Origin: a virus
Taxonomy: Duplodnaviria > Caudoviricetes
Length of the DNA: 41,014 nt
Reading direction: 5' to 3' (one strand)
IMG/VR virus record: IMGVR_UViG_3300005805_000171
Location: 1-41,014 of that record
The translations under genes and the position numbers were made by a program. The notes beneath the pieces were generated by a model. The model ran no database searches. It was not told the origin of the DNA and saw nothing but the letters and a program-made list of their open reading frames with translations. Numbering within the stretch: the stretch's first letter is position 1; each line of letters starts with the position of its first letter. Below are positions 29,801 through 39,000 of the stretch, piece by piece.

Positions 29801-31378
29801 TCCATTAATTATTATAGCTTCTTGTAAAGAAAAAGTTCCCGTAGTTTGATACAGTACCAATTCATTAGTATTCGAAGCATTTTTAGCTAAAAATCCAGTT
29901 GCACCACTATTTTTACCTTCAATATAAGCTGGTGTCGATAGTGTAATTGTAGTATTTAAATTTAAGTATGTATAAGTTTGAATATCATACAAGACCGTTT
30001 CGAAAACTGATCCACTATTTTCATAGGCAGAGGTTTTTAATTTTAAATCATAAACTCTTGCAACACCGACTTGAATTCCGGATGATGTTCCTGGAGTAGT
30101 TGTTCTGTCAGAAAATAGTCTTACTTGGCTTGTAGTGCCAAACCCAACATTTGTTGTAGAATATACATTATTCAATTCTAACTGATTGCCTAGATTTATT
30201 GTTACAGAAGTATTATTGTTTGTTGCAGTTGTTCTTGGTTTCTCTACATCAAGATTTACTGTGCTTATGGTCTCTACTTCATATCCTTTGACATAGGCTT
30301 TACCTGGAGAAATTTGTAAGTTAAACAAATCATCATTAGGAATATTACCCTGTGATGTTAATTGAGTAAAATTAAATACTCCATTATTACCTATTCCGTT
30401 ATTTAAAGATTCCTTGGCTATAACGCTAAATGGTTTTGTATAGTAATCACCAGATTCATCATATGTTCTTCTGGCCATTATATCGGTTATTAGTTTATCT
30501 AATTCAACTTTTTTAATAAATCTCGATAAAATGCCATCTTCAATTCTCATCAATTCAACAAAACTTTCATCATTAAAATCATTCAAAGATTTTTTAACTA
30601 ACGTTGCTGATATTTTTAATCTATCTGCACCTGGAGCTGCAAAATTAGAAAATCCTCTTGCATTATCAAAAAGATCCTGATTAGCTTGTGAAGCTACAGA
30701 TATTTCTTCATTTACATTAAGTCCAATTCTATATGACGGTGTATTTGTATACTGGTCAAGTATTAAAGTTTCTGCAAAAACATCAACAAAAAAACCTCTT
30801 AGAAAATAAACTCCATTTTCTATTTTAGCTGCAGATCCAGTTGCTGATGCATTATTAATAATACAAGTTGCAAAAGTGGAGTCTTGACGTATACTACCAA
30901 TACCGTAATCAATTGTTTCTACAGAAACTAAATCTTCTCCATCCTGGAATACTGAAGTTGCAAAATCTCCTTCACCAGAACTTTGATATTTTACATATAA
31001 AGTATAGTTATTATTATCAGATTCTAAGTCAGTAAGTATACGTTCTACTTTTGCTATAACTCCACTAGAAGACCCTTTTATTTGTTTTCCAATAAAATTC
31101 GAAAGATAAACAGATACAGACAATCCCAAATGAGTTGGGTCTATCTGCACACAAGTATACTCAGAATCATAAGCGATATTACCTGGAATGACAACAGCTC
31201 CCTCTTTTAGGAAATGTTTTCCAAATTTTTCAACTTGATCTTGTAAAATTGTTTGTAAAGTTGTTAGTTCTCTTGCTTGTATAGGAGTTCCTGGCTTAAA
31301 CAATACCTTTTGATAATTTTTAGTTCTATCAAAATCATCAAAGTATGGTGATGTGTTTAGGTTAGTATTTTGTGCCAT
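23852..31378 (-). CDS. VrlC-like / DUF4815 large virion structural protein (2508 aa)
   Basis: NLNTSPYFDDFD..KVLFKPG.PIQARELTTLQ, APGADRLKI, ARRTYDESGDY, RFKSGFLVDNF, DPLAQSF; follows gp8. Confidence 0.88.
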   Translation of the reverse strand: MAQNTNLNTSPYFDDFDRTKNYQKVLFKPGTPIQARELTTLQTILQDQVEKFGKHFLKEGAVVIPGNIAYDSEYTCVQIDPTHLGLSVSVYLSNFIGKQIKGSSSGVIAKVERILTDLESDNNNYTLYVKYQSSGEGDFATSVFQDGEDLVSVETIDYGIGSIRQDSTFATCIINNASATGSAAKIENGVYFLRGFFVDVFAETLILDQYTNTPSYRIGLNVNEEISVASQANQDLFDNARGFSNFAAPGADRLKISATLVKKSLNDFNDESFVELMRIEDGILSRFIKKVELDKLITDIMARRTYDESGDYYTKPFSVIAKESLNNGIGNNGVFNFTQLTSQGNIPNDDLFNLQISPGKAYVKGYEVETISTVNLDVEKPRTTATNNNTSVTINLGNQLELNNVYSTTNVGFGTTSQVRLFSDRTTTPGTSSGIQVGVARVYDLKLKTSAYENSGSVFETVLYDIQTYTYLNLNTTITLSTPAYIEGKNSGATGFLAKNASNTNELVLYQTTGTFSLQEAIIINGVENTRVVNKVRDYSISDVHQIAGTGLTGNIFTADPILSQNVLLAPVTSGFTISATSAGISTITTSNINFGVGIQTGDIISYTKPGEILPTYNKVKVVNTSSRSIVIEAAANVTNVCSGTLPATQITSNEVFKVIPRILNSREAYLYEKLEHKNISSVDLSSGSLVFRKSYPVTISSNSFTITLESDTTITAEPFDEEDYTLIHSDGTIEPLDETKFTITSGRTVTFVDLNVSSGSATLIATLKKQDLKPRRKIHKRAGILNLNRSLLVGSGIGNTTLNDGLTYSNIYGTRVQDDKISLQVPDVTEIIGIFESNDTNEPDLPKLQIKNLNTNILNTITGEIIYGSSSNARAMLVSNNGSNRVDFVYVNENSFIKDEEVTFLESNLTANVDYLIEGDRDIRNDFIFNNGQEQDIVNYSYIERKSSSTSPSRKLKIVYNYYYINPSDDGNVVVSNSYDTNRFTNDNISFDGNNVKDLIDLRPRVVPYDSGTSTYSPFEWNARNFSAVTNSSSYILAKNKNLNISYNYYLGRIDRLYLDRTGQFILTKGVPSISPVTPDPVDGGMEVATITLDPYVYNMDQIKVKLVSHKRYRMKDISLLEDRLKNVEYYSSLSLLEVETRNLVVRDATTGLDRFKSGFLVDNFKSNLSGSLGDPLHRCSIDTVEGVARPQHYTSSIDLLLGSEAVVGAANTSNPNADLRFVRDLGSPNSVKVGDVVCLRYTDSVWLENRFATRSENVNPFNVVNWIGVIELNPATDTWIETRRSRRSIDLEGSYTSAIQQLGVDTNTGLSPIDWGSWETTWTGTTTTNTSFVGRIQTGTQTLSSSESRGGFQHGRGIPITNTTRLRDNFINFNNVTTLTTTNQSRQGIQYRVGERVDTTNLGDRVVSTDIIHTMRSRNIEFIGRRLKPRTRLYAFFDNVAITNYIIPKLIEIQMQSGTFTLGETISGTLGTVSVRFRLAKLNHKYGPYNNPTQVFVTNPYNTNETIPTSYSSTSSLLNVDTASLELQAASGFFGYIVNGMQLRGETSGAVARISNLRLISDEAGTLIGSFHIPDATLPSTPSFETGSKTFVLTTSPQNATVGGTSESTGEATYTAAGTINNVEEATLRVRNATIQRVPRSDTRTTTQEETNTVASTSFSDRTVQQTRWIDPLAQSFEVTDRPGIFITKVDVYFRTKDQRNLPITMQVRTMQTGLPTQEILPFGEVILDPSEVSVSADGTTPTTFTFPSPVYCQGGQAYCVVLLSASDEYTVWISRMGEQDITTVNRVEAERVVVSQQPLLGSLFKSQNGATWDPSQLEDLKLKIYRADFYRGTSTIRFYNPQLDIGNRQIATLRPNPIDTISRSLLVGIARSLTSAEQSALVPGTTILQNANTKFSSKLRNLSGAIGLGSDLTITNVGTAFTSSSKVYSNVDLVSLTGTGVGAKVDLTISGGVAIAATVSIGGTGYNYGDALSIDYSDTDNRGKNLVLTIPNNIGIISAFNSLVLENIQGDITQNSTDSLYYVGSGGTTNLSGATVRYSDVKSDGLHFRVSHNNHGMYADNDYVTLSGIEPDARPVTLTASISPSSTNSIVVSSVGILTTFENLPVSSLNPGYILIEDEIIKYTGVVTSTNSITGIQRNIGGSISGTYDSGNLVYKYELSGISLNRINKTHNLADADQSRYPNDLDYYYIKINQGGIAGVAITDRGPVNVNSFPSLYFSSTKSCGSYDIVPLVSSRRGPKATQNIPFNAIRPNIQLMLPAGTSVSARARTFTGSTPDSSLTPFLDQGFETVALNETNYFESPRIIASKVNELAYLSNFPGGKSFTLEIDLTTRNSLVSPVIDLDRVNLITISNRINSKVTNYASDFRVNTTSSDPTAAIYISKIVTLEQSADSLKVLFDAYRHSTNDIRVLYRLFRTDQNSNPLWELFPGYTNLDVNKNIISSSLNNGLSDTNVLPSNSLGEFGSYEYNVKNLPQFQGFQIKILMTGTNSSYVPLIKDFRALATI

Positions 31379-31384
31379 TTTATT

Positions 31385-32980
31385 TTAGAACTCCAGTATA
31401 ACTTTAATGTCTTCCTTTTGGTTTGCAGATCTTGGAATTGGTGCCCTGTTGTCTATGTAGATTATTTCTCCCGATTTTACGTTATATTCTGCAGAAGAAA
31501 TTCCGGAAACAAAGTTCAAACCTAACTGATATATTCTATTATTTATTGTAGTAGTAATACCATTAAATCCAGTGTCTATAGATAAAGCGGGACCAGTAAT
31601 GGAACTACAATTAATAGTAACTCCATATCCAGAAGTTGGGTTTGACGTAAATGGAATTATTTTAAATCCGGATTCACTTGAAGCTAGTCCTGTTGGTTGA
31701 TAATATTTTAAAACTCCAGTAACTGGATCCCAAGAGGCTACATATCCAATAGCTGTGGATCCAACTCCAACGGTTTGTTTAATGATAGAATCTACAGCAT
31801 AAATTGTATTTGTAGTTACTCCTGACATCTTCAGTCCCTTAAGTCCACTTACTAATGAAGTATTCAAAAGTTCTGTACTACTATCAATTACTGTTGGGTT
31901 TCTAATTATTCCTACCCTAGCAAAATCATTTCCAATAATAATATCTGGATTTGAGTCCAAAGTTTCATATCTAGAATATAAAAGAACTCTATAAGCTCCC
32001 AACTCTCTATAGACATCATATCCATGACCACCCTTAGGTGGAATAATGACATTAAAACTAGCTTTTGATGTAGTCCCAATACCAGTATTACTTAATTTAC
32101 TCAAAGGTCCATTTATATCAGTTCCTGGAGCTCCAGGAAAAAATTCTATAGTACCATAGGTATAATCTGTTCCACCTTCAGTAACAAAAATTTCAGAAAC
32201 TTTACCAAAAGAGTCAATAGTAATAGTAGCCTTACCGTCTTTTCCATCTCCCAATATTGGGACATTAGAAAATGAAGTTGAAATTGGTTGATAATTACTT
32301 CCTCTATTGGATATTAAGATAACTTCAATTTTACCGTCAATAGAATTATTTTTTGTAGAAACGGTTTCTCCCACATTTCCCCAATCCTCAGGAACTGGAA
32401 TATATTCAATAGAATCAAACTTTATTATTTCCGATGGTTTTATTGTATAAAGATATTTCCAAAGGTATCCATCACCACTTGAACCTGCAGTTCTTGGTTC
32501 AAGATCTATAAATGTTGGTTGATCATATGATGGTCTACCTTTTGGGTTTTCAGGATCTGTTCCATTTTGCAAACAAACATATACCCGAAGATCTTCATTT
32601 ACTACATAATAATTTGCTTCATATAAACTAGAGTTTCCCGTAACTGGGGTGGGATTGTAAACACTATAGTCATGTCTATACATTTCATAAGTATTGCCGC
32701 TTACCCACTGAACTTTTCTTACCAATCTCCTAACATCTTGACTAGTAATCTGTTTCATTGCAATGATACTTTCTTTTATCTGATTTTCTTCTTTAAAACC
32801 ATCTAAAGGAGAAGGAGTATTATTAATCCAAATTGGAGATCCACCAGATTGAACGCTGGTGGAATTGGGAAGTCCAATGAAAGTATAATACTTGTTACTA
32901 GTATCTCCCACACCAGAAACACTTTTTACAAAGTTTTCGGCATTTAAAATTCTAAACTGATCAGATATGATGGCAGGCAT
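31385..32980 (-). CDS. gp8: Baseplate wedge subunit (gp8-like)
   Basis: AIISDQFRILNAENF, RVYVCLQNG, DGYLWKYLYTI, PKGGHG, SGEIIYIDNR.PI.R..NQKEDIKVILEF. Confidence 0.93.
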   Translation of the reverse strand: MPAIISDQFRILNAENFVKSVSGVGDTSNKYYTFIGLPNSTSVQSGGSPIWINNTPSPLDGFKEENQIKESIIAMKQITSQDVRRLVRKVQWVSGNTYEMYRHDYSVYNPTPVTGNSSLYEANYYVVNEDLRVYVCLQNGTDPENPKGRPSYDQPTFIDLEPRTAGSSGDGYLWKYLYTIKPSEIIKFDSIEYIPVPEDWGNVGETVSTKNNSIDGKIEVILISNRGSNYQPISTSFSNVPILGDGKDGKATITIDSFGKVSEIFVTEGGTDYTYGTIEFFPGAPGTDINGPLSKLSNTGIGTTSKASFNVIIPPKGGHGYDVYRELGAYRVLLYSRYETLDSNPDIIIGNDFARVGIIRNPTVIDSSTELLNTSLVSGLKGLKMSGVTTNTIYAVDSIIKQTVGVGSTAIGYVASWDPVTGVLKYYQPTGLASSESGFKIIPFTSNPTSGYGVTINCSSITGPALSIDTGFNGITTTINNRIYQLGLNFVSGISSAEYNVKSGEIIYIDNRAPIPRSANQKEDIKVILEF

Positions 32981-33000
32981 TTTTAATTTAGACTTTTTTT

Positions 33001-33007
33001 TATTTAG
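33001..33007 (-). promoter_or_regulatory. Late promoter core (CTAAATA) for gp8
   Basis: Shares TAA with the gp7 stop, 21 nt upstream of the gp8 ATG. Confidence 0.6.
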
Positions 33008-36000
33008 TTACTTAAGTTAGGTCTTGTTCTTACAATCTTTGGAGAAGTTGATAATCCAGTTAATCCATTGTCAGTATATACATCGAAAGATTTTGAGCCA
33101 GTTAAAGATAATGACCTATTTTGGAAGTCATATATCTTAGACCAACTATATCTACCATAGAAACCATTAGTATTAATACCAGAGAAAGTCAAAGTCCCAG
33201 TATCGTAAGTTCCTCTATTGGAAACGGAAACTGATGTCCCGTAATCTGGAGCAAAGTGACAAGTAACCGTAACTATTCCAGAGAAAGGAGCAGTTACATC
33301 TTCTACAATATAAACACCATCTAAGAAATTAGTCGCTACTCCAATCTTAGAATTTGGATAGTTGGACATTCCACCTAAGAATGTGGAAATTCCTATTAAA
33401 CTTCCATCGGTCTGAACGTTACTTTGACTTATTACAAAATAATCGCCCTTTTCAAGTTGAGAATTTGTTACACCAAAAGTATTTGGCGAAGAATATCCAA
33501 TACCAAGAGTACTATTATCATAAGTTTCAGATTTTAATACAAATTCAATTTTAGGAGACACTGTTCCAATTCCAGGAGTTCCAGGTAAAAATGTTGTTAC
33601 CCCAACTATATCCCCATAATCACCCACAACTTTAAATGATTTCACCAATTCCGTCTTAAATGAATCGGGTTCTATTATAATGCTTGGGATCTTGGAGTTG
33701 AAATATCCAAATCCACCATCAATAACATTAATGCTAGAAACTTGTCCATCAGTGACAATAGATTCGGCAGTAGCTCTATGATAAACAGGTGTAGATTTTA
33801 TAATTGTAGCACCATATCCAACGGCTACGAAAGTACCTTCAATGCCCAAAGTTTCCACAAATGTTAAGTCAGTCAAGTTATTTGATTGTAAGGTATCTCT
33901 GAATGTCCAATTAGATAGATCGTATGAGTAATACATCTTATTCATAGATGTAATACCAACATATAAACCATCAAAATAAGTTATATTTACAATATCCTCA
34001 GAGGAATTAATATTATTTGGAATTGGTTCATATAAATTACGATTGATAGACTTCAATATAGTTCCACTATTTCCAACAACAATAAATCTATTACCATCAT
34101 ATATCACTTTATTATACTTTTGAAGTAGTACGCCATTTTGATTAATATCCCAGGTAAGACCTTGGTCGGAAGAAATTACAGTTCCATTATTACCAACTGC
34201 AACATAGTAATTATTTCCATAAGCAACAGAATTTAGATCTTGAAGAACTCCCGAGAATCTACTGATGAATCTTGAAGTAACTATTCCAGAAGCGGTAAAT
34301 ATTGATCCACCGGCTCCAACTACAACCCAACCATTATTGCCAGCACATATCGAATTAAATGTTCCTGAATAAGTTGTTGGATTATACCCCACAACTCCAA
34401 CTCCAACTAATGTTATTTCCTCTAAACAAGGAATTTCAGTCCAAGAAGTAATAGTGGAACTATATCCTACAGCTTGTGCTATTTTAGCACTTGATCCTGT
34501 TGTTAAAATTATATCGGATGACCCAACACTAACTTTTTTAACAGATTTTAAATTAACTGTACTGCCAACACCAACATTGCCAGTAATCCAAGTTTCGCCA
34601 TCAAAACTATACGCATAAAGAGAACTATTACCAACTGCCACAAATTGATTTCCATAAGATAATTCATTGAATACCGATAATGTAGTAATTCCACTTAGAT
34701 TTACATATTGCCAGTTATAAATTGGATCTTTTTTCTGTATAGCGGATGAAGATATCCTAACTTTTGGTGATAATGTATTTGCATAGCCAACTCCAGGGTT
34801 GGTTATTACTATTGATCCAACAGTTGATGCTCCGGAAACGACTGCTGTCGCTACTGCTGAGAAAACTTCTTTATCCTCAGTGATTATAATATCTCTAATA
34901 TTTTCATTCAATTGATCAAGATCAGAGAATAGTGGGAAGGCATTGTCAACATAAATCACATCATCTGATGGCAAGATCTTCTTAATTACTGTTGCTGTTG
35001 GAGTTATGTTGGCCTGAACATTTGGTCTAGATTTTGAGAATAAAGTTCCGGAAATAATTCTATCTTGTTTTTGTTTCTTCCAAGTTAAAGGTCTAAGTTT
35101 TGCAGAATCTGTATTTATTCCTATGCTAGAGTAGACAAAAGTTTCTAGTTGATCAGAAGAAGTTAAAGTTTTAACAACTCTATCGGATTGTTCAATATCA
35201 AAAATATCAATATTACTTTCTTGAACTCTAATTAAGTCCCCTTCTTTTATTGTTTTTGGTGGAATAATTTCAGAAACATCCACAGAAGAACCTCTATAAT
35301 ATAGAATTACGCACTTGGAATTTTCTATAGGAGCTTCAGTAAATACTACTCTACTTCCCTGGAATGTATATGCATAGGTAGGATCTTGTAAAATATCATT
35401 TATGAATATGAATATATTATTTGTTATATCCAAATCTGTTCCAGGAGGTGTTCTCAAATTAAGAATTTGATTTTCACCATTAATTTCTGCAGATAAAGTA
35501 AATTTCTTTCTAAACCCATTGAAGGAAGAACTAATATCATTAAATACTATAAATTGTCCAGGATAAAATCCACTGAAAGAATCAGTTTCTACAGAGTCTA
35601 CAGTTAAGACAAACTCCTCTACTGTGGTTCCAGGAATTGTAGGTACTCCCACTACTTTCAGTTTATCTCCAACTTTATATCCAATTCCAGGTTCATCGAA
35701 TTTAAAGTTAGTTATACTTGACCCAGAACCAACTTCAATAGTTATTTTGGCTTTTTGGCCAACTCCAGAAGTTCCCCCAGTATAAGCCAAACCAAGATTA
35801 CTATATCCTGTTGGAATTCCAATTACAACTTTTGGAGGAGATGTTACAGTATAACCAACTCCAGGAGAAACAACTTGTATAGAAGTTATAATTCCCAATG
35901 TTGTTCCACTAGTGCCGACAAGAGCTACTAAACTTGCTCCATATCCAATTGTAGAAGCCAAGCTAACTGGTGGAGGATTTCTATATCCAGATCCTCCACC

Positions 36001-39000
36001 AGTTACTGTAATAGATGATATCGTACCTCCAATAGAAACTACTGCATCTGCAGAAGCAACTAGTCTAGGTTGATATCCAAACGAAGTACTTATGGAAACT
36101 GCTGATATTCTTCCTGCAGCTGGAGTTCCACTTAAGAATACTAAAGAGTTACTTACAGGATTTTCTACTGTTACATCACTTATTGGAGACTGAAATACTC
36201 CATTTATGAATATTAATGGAATATTATTAATATCTGTAGTATTATTGACATTATTGAATAATGTCGTGGTAGTTTCACCATCAACTTTTACCGTAAACTG
36301 AGTAGCAGCTATACCTGTAAATGAATCGGAAATATCATCTAGTATAATATTTCTATCTCTAGGTTCGGCAGAATTAATCTGTCTAGAGAAGACTCTTCCA
36401 GAGAATGAAGATCTAGTTTCAACGCCAACGGGTCCAGTTGGACCATATGGAGCTGTGGCAAAAAATATAGTATCTCCAACTATATTAAACTTACCCTTAA
36501 ATATCGATGCGGTTGTTGCAGAACTGTGTATTCCTGCAGTAGATCCAAAAGATCCTCTTTCAACATCAATATTATTCTGACTCAATAAAATATTTTTAAT
36601 TTCCAAATATTCATCATTCAACTTGATGATATCACCAACAATTACCGATGTTATTCCAGAAGTAACGGGTAATATTGTTGTAGTTGCGGTAGAAACCGAT
36701 GACCCAAGACTAATAGTTAATGGAGTCCTAGAAAGTGGTGGTTGAACAACATTATCAACAGAAATAAATGCACTTGAATTGGGATTTTTGAGGCTTAGAC
36801 TATGTAAACCAATTCCCAATGAGTTAATGTCTAAGAATATTGGACTGGTAGATAATCCCAATAATCCAAATTGATTATCATTTAGTTTGTATACAAATAC
36901 AGTTTCTGGTAGTTTATTTGATCCAATTTCGGAAGGAGTAAAGGATACATAATCATCCGTAGATCCACCAAGATATGTCCCAGCTACAGATACAACTGAA
37001 GTTGAATTGTATCCAACTCCACCATTAATAACATCGACAACAGAAATATAACCAGAAGAATCCCTAGAAATGTTAAATATTGCTCCGTTAGAATCATCTG
37101 ATGGAACATCAATATAGACTTCATTAGCTCTTGTTTGAATTCCAGTTGGGCCAGTCTTGGAGATGACAAAGGTTAAATCGTTTGTGGGAGACAAACCGCC
37201 AATATAAGTTCCAGCGATAGAAACTGTCTGACCAACTACATACCCACTGCCACCTTTAGTAGGTAATATTGAAGTAGAAAGTGGTTGTCCCGTTGATGGT
37301 GAATAAGTTATTAATACTGTAAATTCAGCACCAGTTCCAGTAGTTGTTAATCCAACAGATTGGACGTATGATTTGGATATTGGTCCTACTGGACTTAAAA
37401 TTGTGGATATACCTGATACTGAAGTACTAATAGAAACGGAATATCCATTTTCAAAAACGGCAGTTCCATCCAACTCATGAACATTCATTAAAATACTAGC
37501 ACCAACTCCAACATATGATGTTGTTGCAATTCCTATTGGACTTCCAGTTCCAAAATCATATATTAATTCTTGACCGGTTTGATAATTATGATTAAAAATA
37601 GTAATAACATTTTGTGAAACAGAAACGATATTAGAATCATTAGAATCAAATTCATGTTTAAATAGACTAATGCCTTTATTTTTCAATTTAAACGTTGTTA
37701 ATCCAACAACAGCTCCACCTAAAGATAATGATGCATATGTCAATGGAGGTGCGAAATCAGTACCAAGACCAATAATAGTTGTTATAATACCAACATAGTT
37801 GCCCAAAGACGTTCTAACATCAGCACAGTCGGTTGTACCATAACTTTCTGTGGGGATTCCAGAGAGACTACTATTACCTATAGCAACTGTCAAAATACCA
37901 ACTAAAGTATCAATGTTTGTTTGGATATCAATAAAAGAGGATGTACTTGTATTAACACCAGTCAATGGATCAACCTCAATGGTTAAATCTCTGGCATATA
38001 ACTGATTAGTTATTGCTTGCTTCATAAAGTATTTGGAGGTTTCAAATACTAAAATTGATTGCGATTCTTCTCCAACAAGACCATTGGTTATTGCAATACC
38101 AACTCCATCAAAATATTTTTTAGTATTATAAATTGTATGCTGATTAGTTCCATAAGAAATATCTTGAGCAACACCGTCGATAATGTATCCCAAATCTCTA
38201 AAACATTTCAATCCACCAGTAGTATATGTACCAGGATTTGCAAAAGGTAAAGTAGAGGTTGATCCTAAAGAAATAATAGCTGTGACAATACCAGATAGAC
38301 TGATAATACTATTTTGGACATCAGTACAAGCAGTTAATGATGTATTTGAAACTGTTACACCTATTCCATAAACTGGTGGACCAGCAGTAACTGTCAGATC
38401 TTTTATTGTTAGTTCATTTCTTACAGCCTTCCGCATCATTGTTGCGGCTTCACCAAAAGCAAAAATAGACTCCAATATTTCACCAGCTAATCCATTCGAA
38501 ATGGGTAAACCATTGTCAAAATATTTCAATACAAATTCTCTTGAATATGCATTTCCACCAGTAAATATGTCTAAAGAAACGGCATCAACAAAATATCCAA
38601 GATCTCGTTTGCATTTTGTTTCAGTTGAAATAACTCCAGGATATGTAGCAATAGTATTAGTCCAAGCAGTATCAACAATTTCTGTTCTATTTTGTTGGAT
38701 TAATCTATAACCATCATAATATCTTGATCTAGAATTTGTTGGAGAGTCGCCTGGGAAATAAAAATCGGAGTGGGCTACTGCTACTGAGGCTAGAGATCTG
38801 TCTTGAATTTCTCTCTTATTGAGTAAAATTAATGATCTGGCGTTTTTATATTTACTTGTACCATCATTTAATGGATCTTGAAGTATATCAAAATTAAATT
38901 GTTGTGCAATTGAAGTTTGGTATAGTGTTGGTGGAGTTTGATTATTAATTACATACTGACCAATGAATTTTACATAATTGTATGCAAATAAAGTTTCTTC

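Noticed and set aside
8025-31378. Absence of recognisable gp9-gp12 and wac as a novelty
   Set aside because: Replacement of this block by large fibre and VrlC-like genes is usual in cyanomyoviruses.
38540-38565. GGNAY as the phycobiliprotein PGGNAY (methyl-Asn) motif
   Set aside because: It lies after the Cys helix rather than before it, so the match is probably coincidental and was not used as evidence.
991-38710. All plus-strand ORFs and short alternative-frame minus ORFs in the track
   Set aside because: They are antisense or out-of-frame shadows of long, well-supported minus-strand genes, with no recognisable motifs.
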